Origin: Candidatus Latescibacterota bacterium
GTDB taxonomy: Bacteria; Krumholzibacteriota; Krumholzibacteriia; WVZY01
Assembly: GCA_963791045.1 (NCBI GenBank)
Contig: CAWBQK010000009.1
Span: 224,001 to 288,000 of the forward strand
DNA length: 64,000 nucleotides
Direction of reading: 5' to 3'
The notes beneath the pieces were generated by a model that had not been told where the DNA came from, searched no databases, and saw only the letters and a program-made list of their open reading frames with translations. Positions 42,999 to 53,102 of this stretch are shown here, piece after piece (position 1 is the first letter of the stretch; each line of letters opens with the position of its first letter). The position numbers and the translations under genes are program-made.

Positions 42999-43673
42999 TT
43001 AATAGGTGTTGATAAATGTCTCTGTGTCGATGACCGTGGCGTAATTGCCGCCCAGGGTTTTCAGGGTCGAGAGATGGACATCCACGGAGTCGATTACTTT
43101 GTCGTCATACTCTAAGGAACGTGTCGCGCACGCATCACCCACCAGGATACATTCGAAACCGAGATCGTAGGCAGCCCGGACGGCGCCCTCGACACACATG
43201 TGTGTCTGCATCCCACAGATCACCAGACGATCGATGCCGGCGCCCTTGAGATAGTCGAGAAGGTCCGTGCCGTTGAACGCGCTGACCTCATCCTTCATTA
43301 CAACCTTCTCGCCGTCGATCGGTACGACGTCCGGATGAAAGTCTCCACCTTTGGACACATTGTGCCCAACATGAACGACGGTGAGGTTCCCACCTCTGAA
43401 TTTCTCGATCAGCTTTTTGCAGTTGGCGCTCGCCTTTTCGGGCTCGGCGAGCGGCATGAATCCGTCTGGAAAATAGAAGGCCTGGACGTCTATGACGACA
43501 AGCGCCGTCTTCGCATCCAACGGCCGGGGCCCTTCCGCGTCGGCGGCGACCGCCGCGGCGGGGATTGCGGCGAGAACCAACATGAAAACCGCGACGACCA
43601 TCGTCTTTAGCTTCCGGATTCGCGCGAACCCTCGTGTTTGCCCATCGATAAATTGAATTGGCTTGTTTTTCAT
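42999..43673 (-). CDS. Cysteine hydrolase (isochorismatase family) with N-terminal hydrophobic segment
   Basis: ALVVIDVQ, K...SAF.GTDL, ICGMQTHMCV, DACAT. Confidence 0.85.
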   Translation of the reverse strand: MKNKPIQFIDGQTRGFARIRKLKTMVVAVFMLVLAAIPAAAVAADAEGPRPLDAKTALVVIDVQAFYFPDGFMPLAEPEKASANCKKLIEKFRGGNLTVVHVGHNVSKGGDFHPDVVPIDGEKVVMKDEVSAFNGTDLLDYLKGAGIDRLVICGMQTHMCVEGAVRAAYDLGFECILVGDACATRSLEYDDKVIDSVDVHLSTLKTLGGNYATVIDTETFINTY

Positions 43674-43990
43674 TTTTTGCCTCTTAGCGCCGTCGCGCCC
43701 GCCGACTTCGTTGGAGATTTCCCGGGGGCAGTTTGTGATGGGGCCCCCCTCGCGCCCCATCGTACCAGAAAACCCCAAACGGTCAAGGAAGGTACTCCGT
43801 CGGACAACTTATCGACTCGTCGTCGGACTCTCCCGTGATTGAACGTCCTTTAATGGACGGCCGGGGGCGTAATGTGGTATCTTCGCTTCGGCGCATGCTC
43901 CTCTCCGACACCCTGCATCCCAGCTATACCACCTGCCGGACGGGAGCCTTCCTTTTTGGAAAACTCAAACTGTTGACGGAAGGATTACCG

Positions 43991-45451
43991 ATGGGCGGCT
44001 TTTTTGGTGTTGCTTCAAGAGAAGACTGTATCACAAGCCTCTTTTATGGAACCGACTACCACAGTCATCTCGGCACCAAACGCGGCGGACTAGCGACGAC
44101 GAACGGGGGAGGCTTTGTCAGGTACATCCACGACATCACAAACGCCCAGTTCCGGAGCAAATTCGAAACGGACATTCAGTCTATGAAAGGCCGCCTGGGT
44201 ATCGGTGTCATTAGCGATTACGAAGACCAGCCGCTTCTCATCAACTCGCATCTCGGGAGCTATGCAATCGTGACCGTTGGCGTTGTCAAAAACGCGGACG
44301 AACTCGTTCGAAAAGCGTTCAGCAAACGAGGTGTTCATTTCTCGGAAATGAGCGGGGAGGAGATCAACCCGACCGAGCTGGTGGCGTCACTCATAGACCA
44401 GGAAGAGAGTTTTGTAGAAGGAATCAAGAACGCGCAATCGCATATCGAGGGCTCGTGCTCCATATTGCTCCTCACAAAGGACGGCATCTACGCGGCGAGA
44501 GACAAGCTGGGACGGACGCCGGTAATTGTTGGCGAGGGCCCCGAGGGGTATGCCGCGACGATGGAAACATGCGCCTTCCCCAACCTGGGGTTTAAAACCA
44601 CAAAGTATCTGGGACCCGGCGAAACCGTGCTCATGACCCCCGACGGCATCGAACAGAAAACCCCGCCGGGGCCTGACATGCAGATCTGTAGTTTTCTCTG
44701 GGTGTATTATGGTTACCCCGCGTCAAGCTACGAGGGCTTGAATGTCGAGGCGGCGCGTTACCGGTGCGGCGCCGCGCTTGCCGACGCCGACAATGTTGAA
44801 ATCGATTACGTGGCAGGCGTCCCCGACTCGGGCACCGCCCACGCGCTCGGCTATTCCGACCGTGCAAACGTCCGCTACCGCAGACCGTTTGTCAAATACA
44901 CGCCGACTTGGCCGCGAAGTTTTATGCCGCAAAACCAGTCGATCCGTGACCTGGTTGCAAAAATGAAACTCATCCCGATCCAGGAACTCACCGAGGGGCA
45001 GAGGCTTCTCTTTTGTGAGGACTCCATCGTCCGAGGAACCCAACTCAAAGACACCATACAGAGGATGTACGAGTACGGGGCGAAAGAAGTCCACATGCGC
45101 CCCGCGTGCCCACCGCTAGTATTCGGCTGCAAATTCCTCAACTTCTCGCGTTCGCGTTCCGAACTCGATCTTGCCGGAAGAAAAGCGATCGCCGAAATGG
45201 AAAACGGCAGGGAACCCAATCTCGACGAATACACCGATGAAACATCGGACAAGTACCATGCGATGGTCGACCGGATCGGAGAAACCATCGGCGTGACATC
45301 GCTTAAGTATCAAAAGCTCGATGACATGGTGAAAGCAATCGGGGTCGCCCGGGAGAAGGTCTGCACCTACTGCTGGAACGGCTGCGACAAACCTGGAATC
45401 TGCAGCGCGCCCGTGGATGAATCGCGGGCGGCGGTCACGGAAGAATTGTAA
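43991..45451 (+). CDS. purF: Amidophosphoribosyltransferase variant lacking the N-terminal Cys
   Basis: MGGFFG start, GVPDSG, EDSIVRGT PRPP-binding motif, RPACPP, CTYCW. Confidence 0.88.
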   Translation: MGGFFGVASREDCITSLFYGTDYHSHLGTKRGGLATTNGGGFVRYIHDITNAQFRSKFETDIQSMKGRLGIGVISDYEDQPLLINSHLGSYAIVTVGVVKNADELVRKAFSKRGVHFSEMSGEEINPTELVASLIDQEESFVEGIKNAQSHIEGSCSILLLTKDGIYAARDKLGRTPVIVGEGPEGYAATMETCAFPNLGFKTTKYLGPGETVLMTPDGIEQKTPPGPDMQICSFLWVYYGYPASSYEGLNVEAARYRCGAALADADNVEIDYVAGVPDSGTAHALGYSDRANVRYRRPFVKYTPTWPRSFMPQNQSIRDLVAKMKLIPIQELTEGQRLLFCEDSIVRGTQLKDTIQRMYEYGAKEVHMRPACPPLVFGCKFLNFSRSRSELDLAGRKAIAEMENGREPNLDEYTDETSDKYHAMVDRIGETIGVTSLKYQKLDDMVKAIGVAREKVCTYCWNGCDKPGICSAPVDESRAAVTEEL

Positions 45452-45540
45452 CCATGTTGCGGGCACCGGAGTCAGAACGGGCCCTGACTTGCATCACAAC
45501 ATCGAGAGTCGTTGACCCCACGCACCGGAACCAAAACAGA

Positions 45541-45586
45541 GAACCCCGTAACGGAACTCGGCACTCGAGCCCCGCTACGGGGTTTC
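45541..45586. terminator. Hairpin between convergent genes
   Basis: AACCCCGTA...TACGGGGTT. Confidence 0.5.
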
Positions 45587-45612
45587 TTCAAACAAAGTGA
45601 GGAGCAGCGGGG

Positions 45613-46116
45613 CTACGGCCCCATCGACAACAGACCGTCACTCTCGAGAAACGTCTTCGCGTCCTCAGAGTTTCGCATCTCGATCTGATTCCATTCGGCC
45701 TCGAGAATCGCGTAGTGGCTCTTCTCCATATTGGCCATGTATGTCAAAACCTGCCGGGCATTGAGGTCATTTGTCTTCTGGGCGAGACTCGAGTAAAACT
45801 CCTCGGCCATTTTCTCCGCCGTCATTCCGGCATCAAAGAGTTCCTTGAGACTCGCTTCCCTGCTAAGGACCTCATCGATCATCGGGACGATCGATTTGGG
45901 CGGCAGGGCAAGATCAACCTCGGGGAATTTCTTGTTGTAAACTTCCGTCAAGATCTGCTCGTGTTTTTCTTCCTGTGAAATCAAGAAGGCCATTTTTTCC
46001 TTGAGATCGTCCGCGTCGACGACTTCCTTCATTCTTGTGTAGAGCTTCACAGCGTCGATCTCGGATTTGATCGCGATGCTCAGGACCTCCAGAGTGGTGA
46101 GATCGTCTTTTGCCAT
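45613..46116 (-). CDS. Rubrerythrin/ferritin-like di-iron protein
   Basis: AIKSEIDAVKLY, EEKH, AEKMAEEFY, EKSH. Confidence 0.85.
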   Translation of the reverse strand: MAKDDLTTLEVLSIAIKSEIDAVKLYTRMKEVVDADDLKEKMAFLISQEEKHEQILTEVYNKKFPEVDLALPPKSIVPMIDEVLSREASLKELFDAGMTAEKMAEEFYSSLAQKTNDLNARQVLTYMANMEKSHYAILEAEWNQIEMRNSEDAKTFLESDGLLSMGP

Positions 46117-46305
46117 TTTGTTTCCTTTCTGATTCTCTCTCGCGAATTGTCACAGTTGAGGCCGGCCGCGGGGACACCCGTCGCGTCGACCGATCCTTGA
46201 TATTGGTTCGTGTCAAAACCATACCATAAATCGAGGTTTCGGGGAATCGCAAACCTAAGCCGGGCGGACGCAACCGGGTCAAACAAGGAATCAAACACGC
46301 TCCTC

Positions 46306-48441
46306 TCAACTCTGTCTTTCGAGAAGGGCCTTGAAGCGCGGATGCTCGCGGAGCGCATCGAGGTCTGTATCCTTTTCTATCCAATCGGAGTGACAACAAC
46401 CCTGGCTCAAGGCTTTTTCGAGCTGGTCGATCGCCTCTTCTTCACGTCCCGTCAGCGCATAAACACACGCAGCGCCGTAGAGAATCATCGGATCGTCGAC
46501 GTCGATCGCAAGCGCCCTGTCGATCACCTCGAATGCTTCTTCCCTCACCCCGTTATTGGCCAGGCCGATGGCATACATGTATAAGGCGCGGGCATGTTCC
46601 GGATGGAGTTTCGCATATTTCTTGGCGTTCGCAAGCCCGCGCTCGTGCTGCTCCACCGCTTCGTCTTCTCGCCCCAGTGCTTTGAGAGTCTGCGCGAGAA
46701 GAATCGGTGAATCAAAATTATCGGGATCTTTCTCCACCGCGACGGCAAAAAGCACGGCGGCCTTTTCGAGACCACCCCAGCTGTAGCTGTTCCTCGCGTA
46801 TGCCTCAAACGCCCCTGGATGATCGGGGTTCAATTTGATAGCCATCTCAAATTCTGTTTCCGCCTCGGCGTAGCACCTGTCATGGTAAAACGCTCGTCCA
46901 CGCGCAACATGCCCATCCGCCGCTTCGGGATCCAGGTCGATTGCTTTTTGCCCCAGCGCCATTGCTTTGTCGATGTTTGCCCTGTCGGCGTCGTGAAAGC
47001 TGTAAATATATGAATAACAATCCGCCATTCCAGCATACGCAGGCGCGTAGTGTGGATCCCTTTCGATCGCGTGTTCGTACATTTCGATCGCGTAACCGAT
47101 CCCCTTGCGGTGGGTCTGCCTGTAGAACTGCCGGCCGCGAAGATAAAAATCATACGCCTCGTAAATCTGCGTTGCGGATTTTGCGAGGACGCGTTCATCC
47201 TTCGGCGTCAATTTTACTTTTAGGGCCTGGACGACGTTTTCCGCGATCTCATCCTGAATGGCGAAAACATCCCTCAACCGGCGATCGTAACGCTCGGACC
47301 ACAGGGGCGCTCCCTCGGCGGCATCGGTCAGTTGAACGGTGATTCTCAACGCGTCGCCGACTTTTCGCACGCTTCCCTCGAGGAGATTGCGCACACCCAG
47401 CTTCCTCCCAATCTCCTGGACATCTCCGTGCTTACCTTTGAAGGCATACGTCGAGGTTCTTGCCGCAACACTCAAACCGTCGATTTGAATGAGCTCGTTC
47501 ATGATTTCTTCGGCGATACCGTCGCAAAAATACTCCTGATCCTTGCCCGGGCTCAAGTCCTCGAACGGAAACACGGCAATAGAGGGGTGAAGCTTGCTCT
47601 CTCGCCGGGTGGCCGCCGCGCCCGGATGCCGGGCGGACCTGGGGTTCTTCAGTTGGGCGAGGAATTCACTCATCCGCTGATACCTGTCATCGGGGTTCTT
47701 GGCCAGGGCTCGTGACACGATAGCGTCCAGGTCGGCGGACACCTCCGGCCGGATTCTCGACGGCGCCTTGAAGTCTTCATTAAGAATCGAATACACAACG
47801 GCCGCGGCAATGTCGCCCCTGAAGGGCAGCTCGCCGGTAAGCATTTCGTAGAGGCAAACCCCGAGCGACCAGATATCGGTTCTGTGATCGACTTCCTCAC
47901 TCCTCGCCTGTTCGGGAGACATGTAGGCGGGGGTGCCGACACCGGTGGTCGTTTTCGAAATCTCCTTGCCGCCGCCCATCCGGGCGATACCAAAATCAGT
48001 TATTCTGACCCCGCCGTCTTTCGTCACCATGATGTTGGAGCATTTGATATCGCGGTGAACGATTCCCTTCGCGTGAGCGGCGGCGAGACCGCTGCCGACC
48101 TTGATGGCAATATCGAGCGCACGATCGATCTCCAGCGCCCCGGAAGCGAGAAGTTCCTTCAGGTCGGCGCCATCGACATAGACCATCGCGATAAAAGTCT
48201 TATCGTCCGATTCCTCAATCTCGTAAACGGTGCAGATGCTGGGGTGGTCCAGCGCCGCCGCCGTCTGGGCTTCGCGGATGAACCGTTGTTTTTGTTCCTC
48301 GCTCCCCACGGCGGCCGGCAGGAGGAACTTGAGCGCGACGATTCGCCTCAGGTTGACATCCTCCGCCTTGTAAACCATACCTACGGCGCCCTCACCAAGC
48401 GGCTCGAGGATACGGTAATGGGAGATGGTCCTGCCGATCAT
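46306..48441 (-). CDS. Ser/Thr protein kinase with TolB-N-like and TPR domains
   Basis: LGEGAVGMVY, VALK, HRDIKCSN, DFG, GTPAYMSPEQ, SIAVFPF...QEYFCDG, TPR repeats. Confidence 0.92.
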   Translation of the reverse strand: MIGRTISHYRILEPLGEGAVGMVYKAEDVNLRRIVALKFLLPAAVGSEEQKQRFIREAQTAAALDHPSICTVYEIEESDDKTFIAMVYVDGADLKELLASGALEIDRALDIAIKVGSGLAAAHAKGIVHRDIKCSNIMVTKDGGVRITDFGIARMGGGKEISKTTTGVGTPAYMSPEQARSEEVDHRTDIWSLGVCLYEMLTGELPFRGDIAAAVVYSILNEDFKAPSRIRPEVSADLDAIVSRALAKNPDDRYQRMSEFLAQLKNPRSARHPGAAATRRESKLHPSIAVFPFEDLSPGKDQEYFCDGIAEEIMNELIQIDGLSVAARTSTYAFKGKHGDVQEIGRKLGVRNLLEGSVRKVGDALRITVQLTDAAEGAPLWSERYDRRLRDVFAIQDEIAENVVQALKVKLTPKDERVLAKSATQIYEAYDFYLRGRQFYRQTHRKGIGYAIEMYEHAIERDPHYAPAYAGMADCYSYIYSFHDADRANIDKAMALGQKAIDLDPEAADGHVARGRAFYHDRCYAEAETEFEMAIKLNPDHPGAFEAYARNSYSWGGLEKAAVLFAVAVEKDPDNFDSPILLAQTLKALGREDEAVEQHERGLANAKKYAKLHPEHARALYMYAIGLANNGVREEAFEVIDRALAIDVDDPMILYGAACVYALTGREEEAIDQLEKALSQGCCHSDWIEKDTDLDALREHPRFKALLERQS

Positions 48442-48712
48442 CGGCTTCCTCTCACACGATCGAGATATTTGGATTCGGGGTTCTTCTCGGACAAAACGCA
48501 CACCATCTCTAATATTAGCAAAGAACGCCCGATGGTCAAGGAAAGCGACGAAAATCCGGTTTTTCGTCCGGCCGGCGTAACCCGTCGGAGCGAGTTCCCG
48601 TAGTACTAACAGAGATTGGAAGCCACTTTCTACAGACCCCACCTCTTACAACCCACACCGGCCGCGGGCCGTTACGGGTACGACTCGCGGCCGGCCTTCC
48701 TATCAAAGCAAG

Positions 48713-48750
48713 AAAGTGCCGCGGACCATTTGGCTCCGCGGCACTTTTTT
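48713..48750. terminator. Intrinsic terminator-like hairpin
   Basis: AAAGTGCCGCGGA...TCCGCGGCACTTTTTT. Confidence 0.65.
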
Positions 48751-48775
48751 TATCTATTGTCGGTACGGAAGACGC

Positions 48776-49443
48776 TTAGGGAGCGCTCCCAAGAAGAATA
48801 CCAATACCGGCATACAGGTCGAACTGGGTGATTCCCGTTCCGCCAACGCTAAGCCCGCCGGTGCCGACACCGACAAACCCGTCGGTGATGCTTATCGGAA
48901 TGTTGCCCTGGACGCGGAGCGAGATCTTCTCGTTGAGATACATCTTCGCGCCCAAACCAAAGATCACCGCGAACTTCCACGAATCGTCATAATCTTTGAA
49001 GGCGAACCGCGACGCCCCGAGCGTCACTGATGTGAACGGGCGAACGTTTCCGCGCTGAACTCCCGTGATAGCGCCGATCTGGTAATACTCAAGAGCCAGG
49101 TCGGTCAGGGGCTCGGTCCGGCCTCCGGTCTTGAAGGTAAGTTCACTGTCCTGGCGGCGGTAGAGAAGCGTGAGCTGCGCTTCCGGGCGAACGTTGATGT
49201 CCGCGGCAATTCCCCAGAGCCCGCTGTTCTTGATATCGATGGAACCGGGCTGGTCGCCGACCCATGCATCCTGAGAGAGCGTCCAGGCATACCCGCCGAT
49301 AAAGTAGACTTCCGCTTTGTGCGACGGCGCATTACCGTACCAATTGCCGCCACCGCCACCGCCACCCCACCGCGCTGAGCCATCGCGGCCGTAAAGTCGA
49401 GCGCGATCACGAGGGTGACAACGATCATTAACATCCGCTTCAT
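48776..49443 (-). CDS. Outer-membrane beta-barrel protein; frameshift near 49380
   Basis: GGAGG ribosome-binding site and signal peptide MKRMLMIVV; beta strands VRPFTSVTLG, FAVIFGLGAK, FDLYAGIGI. Confidence 0.7.
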
Positions 49444-49663
49444 GGTTTCCTCCTGCCTTAGGGGAGCATCCGATGTGCTTACGTTTCGGAAAACAAAAAA
49501 TTGTCGACGCCACGATCCTATCCAGGTCGATCACCGCCGCGCCAATATGCGGTAATACTAAGCGATGAAATTTCAGTAATCAAGCAAGAAACGGCCGGCA
49601 TCACCCGGGCTCCGGGTGGCGCGGGGGTTGCAATCCGGCTCCGGGTGTGCATAATTATACTTC

Positions 49664-50020
49664 ATGGAAATCTTCAAGGAGTTCACTTTCGAGGCGGCCC
49701 ACCGGCTTCCCAACGTCCCCGAGGGCCACAAGTGCCACCGGCTTCACGGGCATTCCTTCCGTGTCCGGGTCTACGTCGAGGGCGAATTGGATCCGAGTCT
49801 CGGGTGGATCATGGATTTCGCCGAAATCAAGACGGCGGTCGACCCCGTCATCAAACAGCTCGATCATTACTATCTCAACGAGATCGATGGGCTTGAGAAC
49901 CCCACGAGCGAGGTTCTCGCGAGGTGGATATGGAAACGGCTGGAACCGGTGCTCCCGGCCCTCAGCCGTATCGATATCAGTGAGACCTGTTCCTCGGGGT
50001 GTGTCTACAGGGGCGACTGA
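49664..50020 (+). CDS. queD: 6-carboxytetrahydropterin synthase
   Basis: [31 protein letters not shown]. Confidence 0.95.
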   Translation: MEIFKEFTFEAAHRLPNVPEGHKCHRLHGHSFRVRVYVEGELDPSLGWIMDFAEIKTAVDPVIKQLDHYYLNEIDGLENPTSEVLARWIWKRLEPVLPALSRIDISETCSSGCVYRGD

Positions 50021-50081
50021 GCCCCCCCGGCAGCCACCTATCCTCCCTGCGCCGAAGTACTCCACCCTTGCCTCGCCCGGA

Positions 50082-50406
50082 CTATCCAAAATTTCCCAGA
50101 AACCCTATTGCGACGAGTATTATCAATAACAGAACGATAAGCGACCCGGATATGAGCGACGCGAAGAATACGGTCTTGAGAAACATCAGTCGTCTGGCTT
50201 CCTTGTACGCTTCCATTTTATCCTCCTTCGTGAGCGGGACCGGGATATCCCCCGGCAGTTCGCCCACTTCCATTTTCATTACGAGTTCCGACAGTTCGGG
50301 ATCGGTCCCCATTCGTTCCTCGATCAGCCTGCGCGTGTCTTCGCTCGCCTCACCGGCGACATAGAGGGGCAGAAGATCGAGTATGACGTTTCGTGTGATT
50401 TCCATG
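50082..50406 (-). CDS. Small membrane anti-sigma factor-like protein
   Basis: VILDLLPLYVAGEASEDT N-terminus and one C-terminal TM helix; directly downstream of an ECF sigma gene. Confidence 0.7.
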
Positions 50407-50407
50407 A

Positions 50408-50893
50408 TCAAGACGCCTCTCTTTTGATACGCATATCGAGCAGCTTCTTTCTGACCCGGTGTATTTTGACCCTGGTCGCGGCCAGCGTCAGATCGAGAAC
50501 GCGCGCGATCTCGGCGTACGGCAGGTCGTGCTGGACGCGCATGACAAAAGCGGCACGGTCGATCTCCGGGAGCGTCTGGAGCACCCGATGAATTTCGAGA
50601 AGTTCAAGACGGGTTTCCGCGCGGACGTCGGGGCCCGGCGCGGTGTCCTTATGGACATCTTCAAGCTCGACCTGTCGACTCTCCCGCCTCTTCTGCTGCA
50701 AATACACGTTCCGTGAAATGGCGAAGAGATATGCTTTCAGCGTTTCGGTGCGGATCGTACTCCTCCTTGCCCACGCGCGGACGAACGTCTCGGACGTTAT
50801 GTCCTCCGCGTCAGTGCTGTTACCGGAGAGCCAAAATGCAAACCGGTACACGTCCGGCGCATATGACTCGTAGAGTTCCTGGAAATTCATCAT
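50408..50893 (-). CDS. ECF RNA polymerase sigma factor
   Basis: FQELYESY, AEDITSETFVRAW, YLFAISRN, YAEIA, VKIHR. Confidence 0.9.
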   Translation of the reverse strand: MMNFQELYESYAPDVYRFAFWLSGNSTDAEDITSETFVRAWARRSTIRTETLKAYLFAISRNVYLQQKRRESRQVELEDVHKDTAPGPDVRAETRLELLEIHRVLQTLPEIDRAAFVMRVQHDLPYAEIARVLDLTLAATRVKIHRVRKKLLDMRIKREAS

Positions 50894-50912
50894 GACTGCT
50901 CTCCGGACACAA

Positions 50913-50938
50913 TATGCGCGGGGACCGGAAAAGTTACA
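50913..50938 (-). promoter_or_regulatory. Putative autoregulatory ECF promoter TGTAAC-N16-CATA
   Basis: Minus strand TGTAAC ttttccggtccccgcg CATATT, 19 nt upstream of the sigma ATG. Confidence 0.5.
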
Positions 50939-51004
50939 AAGTATCCAGGGGAAACAAAAGAAATGCGACGGGAGCTTGTTCGGCTTGTCCGGGAGGACGA
51001 AGGA

Positions 51005-52816
51005 TCAGTCCTTCCAACGGATAAGGCACTTCCCGTTCATGTTGCGGATATCGGCTTTGCCGTCGACGAAGCTGCCGTTGATCGATACAACGTGTAGCGT
51101 GGCGTGGAGGCGGTCGTTCTCCAGACGCAAACAAGCTTGTTCGGAGGTCATGGTGCCCCCACCGCCGGGACCAGAAATTTTTGGCAGCAGCCCACCGACC
51201 CATTCGCGCAAACCGATGACAAGCGTATCCCCATCGGCGCAAATCAAGAGCGCTTGATCGATGCCGTTCCACGATATGGTTCGTGCGCTCCCATCGATTT
51301 CAATTGAACTCATGCACGCCTCGACGCGAACCAGAATGTCGGCGTCTTCCAGAGGGAGGACATCGGGGTCGGGAGAAACCGAGAGGTGGAAATCCTCGCT
51401 GTCGGAGAGCGGCTGGTTCCATTTGGAGATATACTCGACATTCATCTCTTTCATTATCCCACGGACGAGTACTTTCCCTTTGTTGAACTCGTACGTGTGG
51501 GAACCGTCGACGGAGAACGTGTCGATCTCCGTCCACCGCTCGCCAAACCACGGAGCAATGTCGCCGGCGCCATGCGTGGTCACCACGTAGTCGAGCACCG
51601 CGCTGATCTCTTTGCGATCCGCAAATTCAATATCGCCGGCGGCGGGCTGGATGACCCCGTCGGAGAGAAGTTGGTTGGCCTCGAGAAGACCGGTCAGGCG
51701 GTTCATCTGGCTTTTTTTCGACACGGCGAAAGCGCCCCACGGGCCAAACGACGTCACAAACGCCAGACCGCAAAGCGTGATCGGTATCAATTTTATGTTC
51801 CGCGTGCGGCTCACCACAAAATAGACGGACATTACCGCAAGCCATACGGCAAGAACGGCGAGCAGATATCGGTTCTCGGTGACGCCATATTGATCGATCC
51901 GCTTGCCAACGGCGAGAAGCAGCATCCCAATTGCCGGAATCATGGCCGCATAGTACCAGCGCGAATAGTTGCGAACCCACTGACTCCCGCCTTCGCTGCG
52001 CATCGGGTACACGAGAAGATGGGCGAGGATCCCCACAACGGCGACGCTCGATACCAGATATCCTATCCAGCCGCTCGGCCACACCCGTGTGGCGATGACT
52101 TTCCCGAGATAGATCGTGAGTATGATGAGATAGATGATGACGAGTGGAACGAGAATATACTGGGCGAACACCCTTAGTCCCTTTGTGTACTCGGTGACAT
52201 CTTCGAGTCCAAGAATATCCTTCGGCACGCCCGCGATGAATACCCAGGTATTGAAGATCGCGACGATGACAATCCACAAACGAATGTAGACATCCTCATC
52301 CACATGGATTCCAAGAAGTTTGTCTATCGCGAGGAGCGCGACGGAGAGCCCGGCATAAAGCACTACCGAGTAGAGCGCCGACAGGCAGAAACGGAGGAAG
52401 AGCACCCGGTTGTACTGCCAGAACCCGTTCAGCCGACCCGCGCCGGCAAACGGAGTGAACGCGACGAGAAGGTGCAGACCGATGGTGAACTGGACGTGCC
52501 GCGTAATGGCGACCGGCGTGAACGCATCGGGCAGCGTTAAAGCGTAAGCGGCCAGTGCGCCGCCCGCGACGGCGACCCCGACAAAACGAAGCGGGCGCAG
52601 GCGGTCATTCGACTCTGCCTTTACCGCGATAGCTAACATGAAAGCAATACCGAGCTGGCCGGCGAGCAGGATCTTCAGCCAGATCATCTCTTCGCTGTGA
52701 TCGACGAGGATATTGGCGGCAATTGCCGCCGTGACCGCAGCAAGGAGGACAAACGGGAAGCGCGTGATAGACTCGCGCGCGCCGTGACGAAGATTGTCGA
52801 ATGTGGGGATTCGCAT
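51005..52816 (-). CDS. DUF4153-like membrane protein
   Basis: RFP, FWQYN, YILVPLVIIY, RIDQYGVTENRY, GPWGAF.VS..SQ..RL. Confidence 0.75.
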   Translation of the reverse strand: MRIPTFDNLRHGARESITRFPFVLLAAVTAAIAANILVDHSEEMIWLKILLAGQLGIAFMLAIAVKAESNDRLRPLRFVGVAVAGGALAAYALTLPDAFTPVAITRHVQFTIGLHLLVAFTPFAGAGRLNGFWQYNRVLFLRFCLSALYSVVLYAGLSVALLAIDKLLGIHVDEDVYIRLWIVIVAIFNTWVFIAGVPKDILGLEDVTEYTKGLRVFAQYILVPLVIIYLIILTIYLGKVIATRVWPSGWIGYLVSSVAVVGILAHLLVYPMRSEGGSQWVRNYSRWYYAAMIPAIGMLLLAVGKRIDQYGVTENRYLLAVLAVWLAVMSVYFVVSRTRNIKLIPITLCGLAFVTSFGPWGAFAVSKKSQMNRLTGLLEANQLLSDGVIQPAAGDIEFADRKEISAVLDYVVTTHGAGDIAPWFGERWTEIDTFSVDGSHTYEFNKGKVLVRGIMKEMNVEYISKWNQPLSDSEDFHLSVSPDPDVLPLEDADILVRVEACMSSIEIDGSARTISWNGIDQALLICADGDTLVIGLREWVGGLLPKISGPGGGGTMTSEQACLRLENDRLHATLHVVSINGSFVDGKADIRNMNGKCLIRWKD

Positions 52817-53102
52817 AATTCAGCCTGTCGATGTCATCACTCTGACATCTCGCCCCCCCCCCTGCAAGCGGGAAATTTGACTATGCGGTTTGTTCTACGC
52901 GTGCGCCCTTGGTGCAGAACGCCGGGTCAAGTTTGTCGCTCATTCTTGGATAGACTCCCGCCGTGGGGGGATTGGCAGAAATACAACACCAAGCTCATCA
53001 AGACGCAACCTGTGTTTTATCTATGACTTGCGAACTACTTTGCAGGAGTCGGCCCAATGTGATGGTACCCGTCAACCACGGGCGAGAGATCACGCCGACG
53101 TC

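Noticed and set aside
43850-43990. ZTP, PRPP or purine riboswitch upstream of purF
   Set aside because: I could not find the conserved aptamer motifs; a covariance-model search would be needed to exclude one formally.
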